From the NCBI GenBank assembly GCA_036172245.1, contig JAYWIR010000029.1, positions 2,170,001 to 2,234,000 on the forward strand: a stretch of DNA of 64,000 bases, in the 5' to 3' direction. Every line of letters starts with the position of its first letter. The first letter of the stretch is position 1. Shown one piece after another: positions 1-12,305 of this stretch. The translations under genes and the position numbers were made by a program. The stretch is from Raillietiella orientalis (lineage: Eukaryota). The notes beneath the pieces were generated by a model that saw only the letters and a list, made by a program, of their open reading frames with translations, had not been told where the DNA came from and searched no databases.

Positions 1-390
1 TCGCCGGACTCTGAACAATGGGCATCCATGATCCCAAGTGTCCAATGATGGAGGCGTGCTTTGGACGGGATTCCCCAATGCAATACTAGCAACGCCACCT
101 CTTGCCACTTCAGGGAACGGGTGCCATTGTCCCAACACGCCAGGGGCAACTTCACCTCCTCCAGAGGTATCATGAGCAGCTCGCCCCAGCACGCAAGTCC
201 TTTAGGAGGGACAATCGGGGTAGCAGCGTCCGCTAGCCGCCGAGTTGTCCACATGCTAAAAAGTTTTTCCCTTCCTTTAATAGGCAGGATACTTCCCATC
301 TTGGTGGGAAGTCTCTGTCTCCAGAGGATTTCTGGAGAAGCAACGGGTTTGGAGGTACGTCCTCTCGTTCCGAAGTCCTCCTCTGAAACC
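1..390 (-). mobile_element. Minus-strand LINE ORF2 C-terminal fragment
   Basis: CCCCAATGCAA..TGCCACTTCAGGG resembles the minus-strand LINE segments near 28340-28372 and 30313-30354. Confidence 0.5.
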
Positions 391-397
391 CGGTAGC

Positions 398-1949
398 AGC
401 GTACGCCGACGATCTTCTGCTCTTGCTCCCCATGTCTGCTCCGGCAGCGGCAGTCGAGGATTTCTTCGATCTGCTAAGCCGCGGGACGGGACTGCGGGTG
501 AACAAGGCAAAGTCGTCGGTGGAGGCGGTTGGTGCGACGTGGGTCGGACGGCCTGACTGGATCCGCTTGGGGATCCCCCCGGCCAGGTACCTGAAGTACC
601 TGGGCGTCCCGTTGAGGGACTTCTGTCCAACAGAAGTCTGGTCAGGTCGTCTTCAGGAAGTGGAGTTGGCGATCGGCCCGTTCCTGGAAGGCAAGTTTCA
701 CTTGCCGGAACGGGTCACAGTTTGGGACGCGTTTGCGGCCCCCATCCTCCGTTCCCTACTTTTTGTTTGCCCGTCCCCGTCGAAATTAAGAAGAGGACAA
801 AGGACCTCCTCCGCATCGCCCTTTGGGGCAAGGGGAGGTCCCGAGTCCCTTTGATGGACTTGTGAGCTCCGCGTCGGGACGGCGGTCTCAGCCTCCTGAC
901 GCTGCAGCGCTTGGAAACACAGCTGCGATGGCCATCGCAGCGAAGTTGTGGAGCACCCCTTGGTGCGTTCCGGCCCGAATCCTCGCCAGCCGTGTATCCA
1001 GGACGCAAGGACTCGCATCTTATCTTCTGTGCCGTGGCCGGAAGATCAAAAGATGCGGTCTTCTACTTGGATGCATGGCCACACTGGCTAAGGAGAACGG
1101 CTGGATGGTTTGCAGCCCCGCCAACTCCTCCGCCTGGATGGAGGAGACCGCTGGCACGTGGGAGAAGCTTAATGAGGGAAGCCACGAGACGTGGAACTGC
1201 CTACAGACCGGCATATACGCCCACCGCACTCTTCGGGAAATACTGGAATTTCCCGCGAGCTGCACGTGGGCGGAGAGGACCCCCTTGCTACGGCGATGCC
1301 CTTCCTGAGGAGGGCGCTTCACGGCAGCCGGACGCCGAGGTGGATGCGGAGAAGAGTAAATCCTGAGTGTACCAGGTGCGGGGAGAGGGAGTTCCTCCCC
1401 CACCTTATAGTTGACTGCCCTGCCCTCGGGCCCCTGTGGGAACGTCTCGGAAGGACCCTCGGGATACCGGTTGGCGGTAACCCCAGAGACGTTTAGAGCC
1501 TTCTCTTCGTGTGTGACGCCCTGCAGCCAGCCGTAGCCCTGGCAGCACTTTGCTGCATCCGTAGTATGGCCTGGAGTGAAGCCGAAGATGAAGCTTCCAA
1601 CGTAACGGATGTCATCCCGTATGCTGTTCGCTTCCTGCAGAGAGCTATCGGATGGCCCCAGCTGGGTGGAATAAAGAAGGACCTCGAAGGCATCCTGCAA
1701 AGGATGGATCCTCCTCCCAGTAGACAATGATCCCTTCCTCCGCCCTCCAAATTCTTTTTTTTGGTTTATTGTTTTATTTTTCTTTTCGTTTTTCCCCCCA
1801 TCCCCTTCCACTGCTGAGGAGAGTCACGCTGGTCTGCGTTCCGGCGTCCTGGCAGGTCCGGCGAAATGTTGGCCGTTAGTGGGGCCTTGTACCACGTTTT
1901 GTAATGACCCTAAGTTGAGTTTGAATTAACGTCCCGGCGTATCCGGGTG
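398..1949 (+). mobile_element. 5'-truncated L1/Tx1-like LINE (RT C-terminal half to 3' end), frameshifted
   Basis: YADD at 402-413, GLRVNKAKS, LKYLGVP, DGGL, zinc finger CTRCGEREFLPHLIVDC, T-rich UTR and terminal CCCGG-CGTAT-CCGGG-TG. Confidence 0.92.
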
Positions 1950-2345
1950 GCATCGCCGAAACCCGGTGGAAGACGGTCCAGGGGAACTGGTCGTAGAGTT
2001 CGCGGACTATTTCAATTCGTCCCAGCCCTTTAGCGTCCTCAGTTCGAACCCTCGCAGGAATGCGCGAAGATGCTCCGCTGCTCCCGTGAGGTTCGACCAG
2101 TCCCTGGCACGCTTGGAAGGAAGGAACCCCTGTCGCGCGGATGGATTTCGACTACGAGCTGGGAGTTGTCAAACAGCGCCGACCGTACTGCTCCTCGATT
2201 TCCCACCTGTGAGCACAGGTGATTGTGTGATTGTCAAGTAACATGCGGTCGATGTTTTTTGCTATCCTGGCATCCTTGGTCCACAAGTTGCGCGTGTGCA
2301 TTGATGCGCACATCTCTTTGACCAGATCTACTCGTCCTGGCGAAG

Positions 2346-4240
2346 GTGAAGCGCCTATTTCGCAATTACTATTCCTCCTTGTACGCTACGGCACCTCTGG
2401 AGAGGGGCATCTCTCGGTTCTTGCTTCCGGAAGACGACCCAGCCATCAGGGAGGAGGAGAGAGCACGCCTTGACGAGCCTTTCACGATGGGTGAGATCAT
2501 CACCTCAATCGGGAAACTCAAGAGGTGGAGGGCGCCAGGGGAGGACGGCCTTCCTGCGAAGTTCTTCCAATGCTTGGCGACGGAGTGGTGCAGCGTTGAT
2601 TCGCTGTTGATTCGGGAGACAGGCGACGTTCCCACCTCCTTTCGATCAGCATGAATGCGTCTCCTTCCTTCGGGAGGAGACTCAAGGAACCTCAGCAGCT
2701 GGCGTCCGATCACTGTGTTGAAGGCGGACATCAATCTGCTGACTAAACTGTGGTCGGAACGATTAGGATGGGTGGCAGAGTCCGTAATTTTCCCGGAACA
2801 GACTTACGCTGTTCCCGGAACAAGTATGGATTCCAACCTGTTTCTCGAGAACACCCGGATTCGGTTCCAGAGAGGAAGAATGAATGAAATGGCAGCAAAT
2901 GGACTGGCTCGTGTACGGTACGGAACACGATCAGCACCCCGAATTCCGGGGAGTCTGCCAGCTGTAGATGGGACGGTCGGGAAGGAGTGAGGATCCTTGC
3001 AGTCACAGTCGCATTATGCAAAGTATTCTACTGCGTCAACCAAGAGCCTCTCGAGCTCCGGGAACGCATGGGCATCTCGGCCTCTTTAACGGCATTTCTA
3101 AGCTCCTGCTGGCGCGATGAGCTAACCAACATTTCTTCCAGAGGACAAAACATGTATAATATGCCTGTGCGCCGCAGGATACCTCAGGGCGACAGCCTGA
3201 GCCCCTTGCTCTTCAACACCTACTTCGAGTTGGTGCTGAGGACTCTGGGAGGCTGTGGCTCTCCTGACAAGCGCGTGCCCAGGCACACCTGCCGTGTCAG
3301 AGTATGCGGATGATCTTCTGCTGTTGCTTCCCATGTCCAACCTGACATCGGCTCTCGAAGATTTCTCCGAGCTGTTAAGCCGCAGGAAAGGACTGGAGAT
3401 GAACAGGGCGAAATCATCCGTGGTGGCAGTTGGTTCGACGTGGGCAGGGCAGCTGGACTGGATCCGCTTGGGGATCCCCACGGTTCGGTGCTTTAAGTAC
3501 CTCGGTGTACCATAGAGGGACTATTCTCCGGCGGAGACGTAATCGAATTGCCTCTAGAAGGCCAAGTCGGCGATCGGCCCGTTCCAGGATGGCAAGTTTC
3601 TCTTTCTGGAACGGACTGCAGTGTGGCACACGTTCGTGGCCCTCCTCTTTGGTCCTCCCGCTTTTTGCTTGTTCCCCTACCGAATAGCCTTAAAAGGCGG
3701 ACAAAGGACCTCCTGAGAATCGCCCTGTGGGCACAGAGAGGTCCCAAGTCCGCCTTAAGGACTTGTGTGCTCCGCGTAGCGACGGAGGCTTCGGCCTTCT
3801 GACGCTGGAACGTCAGGAGCGGCGGCTCCAGTGGAGGACACTTGCCCTAATGGTGAAGTTTTGCAGCACAAACTGGTGCGAGTCCGCACGATACCTGGTC
3901 AAGGGAGCCACGGGCTACGCGGGACTGTGTTTGTTCCTGGCACGGTAGCGCAGACGCAGTGTGTCCGCGGACTGGAACTCCGGCGGGTGGACAAGCTGAC
4001 CAAGACCAGCAATTGGATCTTCTGCCAGCCCGCGAACAGTAGTGCCTGGTTGCAGGAAACCGTTCGCACATGGGCCAAGAACAACGAAGCCTAGAGATGC
4101 GACAGAGACTGCTGGATTCCTTCTACGACAACCGCTTACCGTCATCGTGCAGTCCACCACGCGTGCATGGGCGCAAAGAACCTTCCTAGCTGCACACTGT
4201 CCAGTTGGCACTGTCCTCCCTCAAGGAGAACCTGGGCAGT
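2346..4240 (+). mobile_element. LINE ORF2 reverse transcriptase fragment (pseudogene)
   Basis: EPFTMGEI..RAPGEDGLP, WRPITVLKADINLL, EQTYAVPG, IPQGDSLSPLLFN, YADD at 3303-3314, GLEMNRAKS, FKYLGVP, DGGFGL. Stops and frameshifts throughout. Confidence 0.92.
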
Positions 4241-4390
4241 AATCAGCTGTCCAAATGAAAGGTCCGATATGAGATCGGTGGAAGAGCGAAGAACTTAGGT
4301 GGTTGGAGACACACGGGTCAGCTCACGGACCCTGCGAACCCAAGTGTCCCACCGAGAGGACTATTGCTACAGGAAGACTCGAGTGACCCT

Positions 4391-5037
4391 CAGCGCTGAA
4401 GAGCAACCGAGCCTTCCCCCTGAAAATTGGGAAAGGTAGGCACTTCTGCTCTTGCACTGGAGTCTCCTGTGCTACGTCCGCCGGTCTCACTGGACCCGGG
4501 AGAACATGGATCCGGACTTCTGCAGGTGTGGAAAACGGAAATCCCATCTCTCGCACCGGCTTGTAGACTGTGCTGTCCTCCGGCCCCTGTAGTTGCGTTA
4601 CTGCAACGGTCCTTAGTGCACCCACGGACAATCCCAGGGACACAATGAAGCGCCTCTTTGTGAGCGATGCCCTTTCGCCTGCTACAACCCCAGCAGCTCT
4701 TTGCTGCTGCCTACGCGGGATCGTGGCGACCTGGAGCTACGCAAGAGGAGGACGGCGCGATAGGGACGCCATCTGCCTCGCCCTACGCTTCCTGCGGACG
4801 GCAGCAAGATGACCCCACCTGGGGCATGCTCGGATGGAACTTGCCGGTACTCTGGAAAGGATACAGAGGACGCCCTCCAGCGGCCAGCGATCTCTTCCCG
4901 TGCCCCCCAGGGTTTTATTTTATTATTGATTTTTGCTTACTTTTATTTGCCCCTCCCCTCTCCGCTGCCCAGGCGAAGCTCGCTGGCCTGCGTGCCGGTC
5001 ACTCGGCAAGTTCCGAGCATTTCCGGACAATGTAGGG
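4391..5037 (+). repeat. 647-bp direct repeat, copy 1 (includes a LINE 3' end)
   Basis: Runs CAGCGCTGAAGAGC...ACAATGTAGGG and matches 23434-24080; only one difference was seen (ATCTGCCTCG vs ATCTGTCTCG). Confidence 0.95.
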
Positions 5038-5096
5038 CCCATAGCCTCACACATGTGTTTATTGTTTTTATAATAAACGTCTCGGCGTGACCGGTG
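4645..5096 (+). mobile_element. LINE 3' end fragment
   Basis: KRLFVSDAL..AALCCCLRGIVATW..RDAI matches the ORF2 C-terminus of other copies; AATAAA at 5072 and terminal hairpin. Confidence 0.85.
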
Positions 5097-8000
5097 ATGA
5101 ACCTATAACTTGAAGCATCGCTTGCGGCGAGGCGACGATTATCCACTGCATCTTAGAATCCTAGAAAGGAAACCAAAATTGTGCTCTTGGAAAGGAAAAC
5201 AGGGCGTGGAGGGAGACTCAACAGAACTGATACCAGCATTCTGCAAGGAGGGTCAAACCTGAGGCACTTTCCTTCAGGAGTATCAGGGCAGTGACTTCCT
5301 TGAGACGTAGTTTAAAGGAACAATGTCCGTGGAATCGTTTCCGGAAGCAAACATCAGAAACAAGAGATGTACTCAAATGGCATTCATCGCTGTTGTAAAA
5401 GGGACCTTGGGTTGCTTCTGCTGCACGATGTTGGTGGTTTCCTTGGAGTCCAGTGAAGTCACTAACACCAGAACTTCCGAGGGCAATTCGAACCATTCAA
5501 GAGCGTCAAGACAGCTATTCCAAACGTTCTCGAAATTTCATGTGCATGAATCCTAATCTAGATTCAACTTTCTAACGGAATATAGCTATGTGCGTACGCG
5601 TTTTTTTCTCAAGACTGAAGGACACCAAAGAAGATCCTGAAAGACTTTAACTTCTTTGCATGCTGTATCCGAGGAAATGAGATCGCTGGAAACAAAGGCT
5701 GAGAGCGCAGAAGTCGTTATTGTCCCGGAAACGTTCCGTTTCATGTGAATGCGCTCACGTAATGTGTTCCGTAGGAATAGGCCTAGTAGCACCGAAGATG
5801 GACGAGTATCTCGTGGGATGAAGGCATGAAATCTCCCACATGAGTATGGAAGACTTCATGCCTTCCGGGATATCTGCATTCTTCTTTAGTTAGGTTCTTC
5901 ACCTATCCTGAAAGTGCGCGCAACCCGGAAGAAACCCACTGCGTGACAGCGGAAAAGAGAGGGTCCAAGAAGCCCTAATTCCTACCCTTTTTAGAAGCTT
6001 TTTCTCCAGAAGGTAAATTTGCTCAGGTACACATCGAGTGTGCTTGATCCCTAGGGAATCTGTCAAGGTCTTCTGGAGCTGCCTACATGATCTTCTGGGT
6101 CCTGTCTTTTCCTTCCTTGACTCCTCACGAATTCCAAAGAACCAGTCATGCCGTGTCACGATTTCTGCACCTCTCGAGGATCCAGATCTCACTTTCCCGA
6201 GCCCATTGCTCCATTGTTCTGCAGCCATCATCATCTGATGCGTTGTCGTCCCCTCCTTTTCGTGGGGAAGCGATCTTGCAGGAACTGGGTCACTCGGAAG
6301 TGAAATCTTGAACATGGCCATCGGGAAGTGAATCAACGAAGCAAGGAACCCTACTTAAGTGGGAGCTGCTTACATCCCATCTTTGTGTCACAGGCACTCA
6401 TTCCACTGCACCCAAACATCTGCGGAAGGCGAACAAGCGATTTCACCTAGCCTTGTAGATCTGCTCATGCCGCAGACAATCGGATTCTTGACTTTCTTCT
6501 TTTAGATCTCAGCTGGCTGTTCCTCACCTCCGAGAAACTTATTTTTAGCATTTGTGGTTTGCTTGTTTGAAAAGTGGCCAACTTGTATGCCACAAGTAGC
6601 GAAGGGATTGAAGAGCTGAAGTCGTGTAGAGTCAGATGATTCGAAGAAGTGTCTGACACACCAGGTCAGCGGCCTGTCTAAACGCCAAGCATCCTCTTCT
6701 CCTTGGAGATTCCCCGGATCGGTGTCAGCACCTAGAAAGTTGGCAGTTGGTAGTTTTTGCGTATCCTCCGCTGCCGGAACCGGAAACTTTATTGGCTTTA
6801 AATGACAAACTTCTGTGTGCAGCTTCCTCTTCGTCCACAAAACGAGTCGACCTTCCGTTTCCGGTTTCGGTCTCTTCTCACCGGAATCAAATGCCTTCTG
6901 CCCCTTACGTAAATACGGAGAGAGAGAGAAAACCGCTACGTCCGGTTTCCAGAGCCGGAAGTACAGGCGGGATACGGAAACGTTCTCGGGAAAGTCCGGA
7001 GAGGTCTGCGGGCCGATCCCACTCCGGCTCCACCAAGGCGCCCTTTTCAGCCGGCGCTGCCGTGCACGATTGAAATGCCGCGCGAGGGTGAGATCTGGAA
7101 GCCCGTCGCTTCATTATCAGATGAGCGCGACCTCACCGAGAAGAGCGAACTTTGAACATCGGATAAAAGAGATCTTGACCAAAGACATTTGGTGCATTTC
7201 GATAACGGCGGAATTTCTCGATCAACCATCGCCATCCTGCCGCAAAATCTGCAGTCAAGGCAGGACACACACGAGAAGCTGCAAACGAACCTCTTTGCCG
7301 GGAACTCTACAAATCCAGGCGAGCTGCTCTTCCTCTTCCAGAGAGCCAGCCACTCCGCGCGCTGCAGATCTCCCCTGCTTTCATCATCACTCTTCTCTCT
7401 CTCTCTTCCTCCCAATATTCCGCAAGGATTCCTTCCCCGTGATTTTCATTCATTTCTCATGGTGACGATGAGTAACTACGCAGAACTTATGACTGTTGTG
7501 AAATTCCTTAGATAATGTTTGCTTCCATGCTATCAGATTTTAGGAGTATCAGCCTCCTCATTCAACGTGAATGCAGATGGAATCCGGAAAGGTCCTGGAA
7601 TTCAGGGCAGACTCCCTGACTTTGAGCCGGAGTTTCTTTGCTTTTTTTCTCTCTCCTTTACCTCCGTAGGAGGCGCGCGATCTTCTCCTCCTAATTTCCT
7701 AATTTCCTCGCTTCGCGCCTCAGGAGGATGACTCTTTGAGTGAAGCAGTTCATGCTCGCTCACGCGTTGGGGGGGCTACCAGCAAGGCTGCAGTCACTTC
7801 TTGGGGGAGTTTGGACTGATTTTATCGTCCCGCTGTTGTGATTTCGTCTTCCAGCTGAAGTTTTGTGGTCCACGCGCGGCATTCTTTGTGCCGAAGCACT
7901 TTGGCTCACGAGGGGAAAGTTGCATCGGGCTTTCATCTTCCGCATCCCTGAAGATCTCGGTTCGCGCCCTTTGCCACAGATCGCGTACGTACCATCTGAA

Positions 8001-11000
8001 GGCTGATACGTGACTCATGGAGTAAACAGTAGAGTGAATGCAAAAGAACGATGGCGCTTGCGATAGAAGTACATAGGTACACTCGTACGCGAAGCACAAA
8101 CCATTCGCAGTTTCCACGTATAGGATCGCCGCTTTGGTGACGCGTTTTCCTCGACGTATGCGGTCCACATGTGATGAATGCTTAACGTTTACTTAAGAAT
8201 ATGGAATTTAGGGACAGAGATTCTGTGCTCTGCTTTCGGAGATTTCTCCATTGCATCAAGCATGTCTGAGATTAGACTAAATTGGAACGAACCAGAATTT
8301 GCTCACCCACACAAAGGGCTGCGCCACTGAGTTGCCCTTTGGCTGTGGCGTGAACTAGCAGTTCTCTCCTACTCTACTTGTCACGGATAACCTAAGAATT
8401 AAAAAGAGAACCAAAATTTAAAAAAATCTCAATTAGAATGAAACCCTTATGGTCAGATTTTTCCGTTTTCCACTGATAATCGCAAGCGATCTGAATTTCG
8501 GATGCTGACTGCCAGGAGATGATGAGTGGATCCGATACGCACTTTAGGAAGTGGTATTCTTTTCGAATTTTCATGCTCACAGCATCCCATCGGGTGAAGC
8601 GACTGCTTGTTCACACGTTTCAGATGGCCTCCCCTGGAACATTTCTTCCGATCGCTAAGCGTTTTTCAAGCAGGGATCGGTTGCTGTCGGAAGATCCGTG
8701 CAGTTCGGCAAGTATATGCACACCTGTCACACGCTATTATGCTGGAAGGATCTTTCAGGAACCTAGAATTTCATCCTGGAAACTCATGGCCCGATCTGTT
8801 CTCATGATTAGGATCACAAACATCCCACTACAGGAATGCACAGGAATGAAACTGCTTCATCCAAGCTGGTGCAAACTCACAGCCCGGGTGCTGTCTCGGG
8901 TGGCACGACGAGAAGCTGTCGATTCTTTTCCTGACAGCACCGAAGAAAGAAACGCAAAATACCCGACCCTATGCAAGACGGCTCATGAATGCGCCCCAGA
9001 GTGGAGACAAAGCTTTGAGAGACCAACCTTTCTTTCCAGCACGAGCTAAACAATGATTCCATGATGATGGTCTCAGCCTATTCATCGATCATTTCATTTT
9101 TTGACTCTTATCAAATGCTGACTTGCACATACTGTTCAGCGAATCGTGACGTCACGAAATTCCAATTCACTTCAGAAACTCTCTCTTTGATCGCATGCAG
9201 TCTAAGAACCCCAATTTTTCTCTTAAAACTGTTCGATCCAAAGGGGAAAAGGAGTGACGATACCAACTTTCTGAAATCCCTCTCGTCTCTCTGTGCTTCG
9301 TGAGATCCGAGCCATCTCCTCAGTCATTTGAACAGATAAATAAGAATAGATGGATTAGAAATAGAATATTTTCAAAATCGCATCGTTCATCACTTGCTCC
9401 GAGCTGCTCGAAAGTGCTGTTAAAACCGCGGCTTCCGGTTCATTCCAGTTTTCTCTCTCTTGAAGTTCCCACGTGTGTCGCCTAACATCCTCCAGCAGAC
9501 CAAAGCAATGTTTCTGGAGAAAAGCAAAGGAGTGAAGGCTGCTATTACTCCGACTGTTATTTTCCATCTAACTCTCTATCCCTTGATTCCGTACGCAAGA
9601 AAAAGAAGAGCTTAGGATGCAAGAAAAAAAAGAAAAAGACTTCGAATCGCTTTCCATCTGAGCTGATCTTGGATCTCACGCGATATCACCGCCGTGCTCT
9701 TCACAAAGGGATGCAGTCACGTACGAGCAGTGTATCTCGACGAGCAGGAAATCTTGGGAATGCTGAATCCGACCCATCGGAGTGTGTGCGATTCAGGCAT
9801 CACGCTTGTTGCTAGTTCTCTGGAAGATGGTGAACGAGAGGCGCGCGTTCGCACCTGTCCTCCAGCCGGGAGCCGTTGACTAAACGTTCCCTCGCTCTGA
9901 ACGACCAGACGCCTAAGAGATCGCGAGAGGCGCGCCGAGTAGGACCCTCAACAGAATTGAGCTGGAAAGTTGAAGGGAGGATGACATTTGCCTCCTTTCA
10001 GCTTTTCCCTCGGACGGGCATTCCAATTCGCTTGGCTCCGCACACGCTATCAGCCTGAATCTATTTGAACCCAGTTTCATCGGCATCCCAGACTTTGCGC
10101 AGCCTCCCTAAAACGTTCAGAAAAATTAAGATCGTTTTATCATTATTATTATTATAGATGCTATCACGCTTCTCTTTTATCTTTCAATCTCGAGAGCTCC
10201 ACGTGTGATTAATGCCAGCAATTGGTACTTTGCTAAATCGCTTTCTGATTGATGGACCGCGCGCATGCTTGCTCTTCTCCAATCCGCTCGATCGCTGTAG
10301 CTTCCGGAAGGGACGATTACCTGGCATCAAGCTGCTTCCGCACTTTCGGGAGCGCTCATCCTAACCCGAAGCCGTCACATCTTCCTGCTTGTGAGGATGA
10401 TTGGTTCAAAAAAAGAGAAAAAATTGGTATTTAGAATATCCATCAAATGATCCTTCCGTTGCTGAGAATGGTTTCCTCGAAGTGGTGGGGAAGTACGGCA
10501 TGGCAATTGCAATTTATTGCTTCCGGCCCAAAATATCTTTTCTTCTTCTTCTTTTGAAAAAGAAAAGAAAATGAAAGAAAGGAAAATAGAGGACGGAGAG
10601 CTCTCACGATCTGTGCACGTGCCCCCCGAGAAATGCTGCACCCAAAGATTTGACGTCTTTCACTATGGCCGAGGAATCCTTTCAAATCGAGTTCGAAGCA
10701 CAGCTGCAACGTCCTTAGTGAAAGTCCAATGCTCTCGCTGGATCAAGAATTTGTGTACAAGAAGTCAAGAGTGGCTGCTGACCTTGAGGTCAACAGCCAG
10801 GCCGAAGCTATTTCCTTTTGAAAGATGAAGTTGCGTCCAAAGCGAAACAAACGTGTTCGCGCCCGACAGTAAGCTGATTCCTCGACGAAGACGACCTGAT
10901 TTCAATGTCAGGCACGAAGGCGCGAGGTCTCACTTTGGAGGACTTCCAGATGAATGCCTTCTGAAGTCAAGAAGACGATCGGCTGCTCTCAGCCGATCGC

Positions 11001-11350
11001 ACGCGACACGACCATCCGCTCAGTTTCGATCAAAGACTTCTGCTCATTCTCTAACGGCTAGAAATGGAAATCTCTTTCACTGTTCGCATGAGATCACGTG
11101 CTCTGTTCAGCAGCATCCCCACACGCGCTCGTTCTTCGGAGAACGCAACAGTTTGGTTTGGCTTTCTCCTCCTTCCAAAGCCCGTACGAGGAATCTAAAA
11201 ATGGCATTCGTCTAAAAAACCGACTGTAAGCGCGTGGCTGTTCCTGCGGTTTCCCAGGGTGACATGAACAGAAAGAGCAAAATCCTGGCACCGCCCCTTC
11301 CCTTCCCCCGGGGAGGGTCGAACGGAAGAAGCGAGTGAAGGGAGGGGGGT

Positions 11351-12305
11351 CAGCGCGAGAGCACAACAAAAGAGCAACTCACCTTCCTGCGTGCGACCGC
11401 GGATCGTCACGAGCGTCGAGGGTGGTGACCCCCTAGCAGCAGCCGGAGCACACGCGCGCGCACACACGGACCTCGAATCTGCTCACGGAACGATACGCAT
11501 CGCTTCGCGCGCGTGCTCCCCGCCAGCCTCTCCCACCTCTGCCCCGGTTCCCGAAGAAACGTCAACGCCGCTTTCGCTTTCGCAGACTGAGCTTCTGGTC
11601 ACAACCGCCGACGGTTGCGTCCCTTCGCCGCGAGGAGCAGCAGCGGTAGCGGGAGGCGGGCAGAGAGGGAGAGAGAGGGAGAGGGCGAGAGACAGGCGCG
11701 GTGCGCGCGCGACTGGCGGCCGGGCCGAGCGCTCGCGAAGCTCCCGGCAGACGAAGGGACGGACGGATGCGAGCGCAGTAGCAGCCCTGACGACGAGGGA
11801 CGACGGCCAGCGTGTCCCTGTTGACGCACGCGTATCCGCGGCTTCGGCTGCCGGGGGAGAAAGCGCGGCTTGGCGGCGGCCGCCTCGCCGGCCAAGCCGA
11901 GCAGCGGGCTTGCCCGCCGCGCCGCGCTGGGGTCCGCCTCAGGTCAGCCCGGGCGGTCGCGCGAGCTGCCTGCCTCGCCGGCTGGTCGGCTCGCGAGCGC
12001 GCTCTCCCGGCAGTCCCCTCCGGGCATGAGGGCCCCTGTGACACCCCGCTTGTCCCTGCGGTGGATGGGGATGGGTTTCTCCTCCCGCTTCCTCCCCTTC
12101 CGGAGACCTTCCGAACTGTACGGCCACGAATCGTCCGGCGTACGTGCGCTGGTCGCGCGTCCCGTCTCTGGAGAGGAGCTCGCTTCTCGAGGGACTGCTT
12201 GCTTGCAGGCGCCGTGTTGTCCCGTGTCCGACCGAACTGACCCGTCCGGGGAAGCACGGTGTCATGGCAGCGTCCGTACTTGCTACAAGGTTGCGCAAAG
12301 AATCG
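11351..12305 (-). repeat. 955-bp GC/CpG-rich inverted repeat, copy 1 (possible promoter plus non-coding first exon)
   Basis: Reverse complement of 36929-37883; both endpoint sums equal 49234. The 212-aa translations at 11391-12029(+) and 37205-37843(-) are identical. Contains GAAG|GTGAGT at 11382 on the minus strand. Confidence 0.95.

Noticed and set aside
1810..1950. HDV-like ribozyme or snRNA at the LINE 3' ends
   Set aside because: I could not build the nested double pseudoknot and saw no match to the U1/U2/U6 sequences I know. Reported only as conserved hairpins.
6122..6146. FFGIR inside the minus-strand ORF 5899-6336 as a third tachykinin motif
   Set aside because: Followed by Glu rather than Gly, with no signal peptide and no LGDL core; likely chance.
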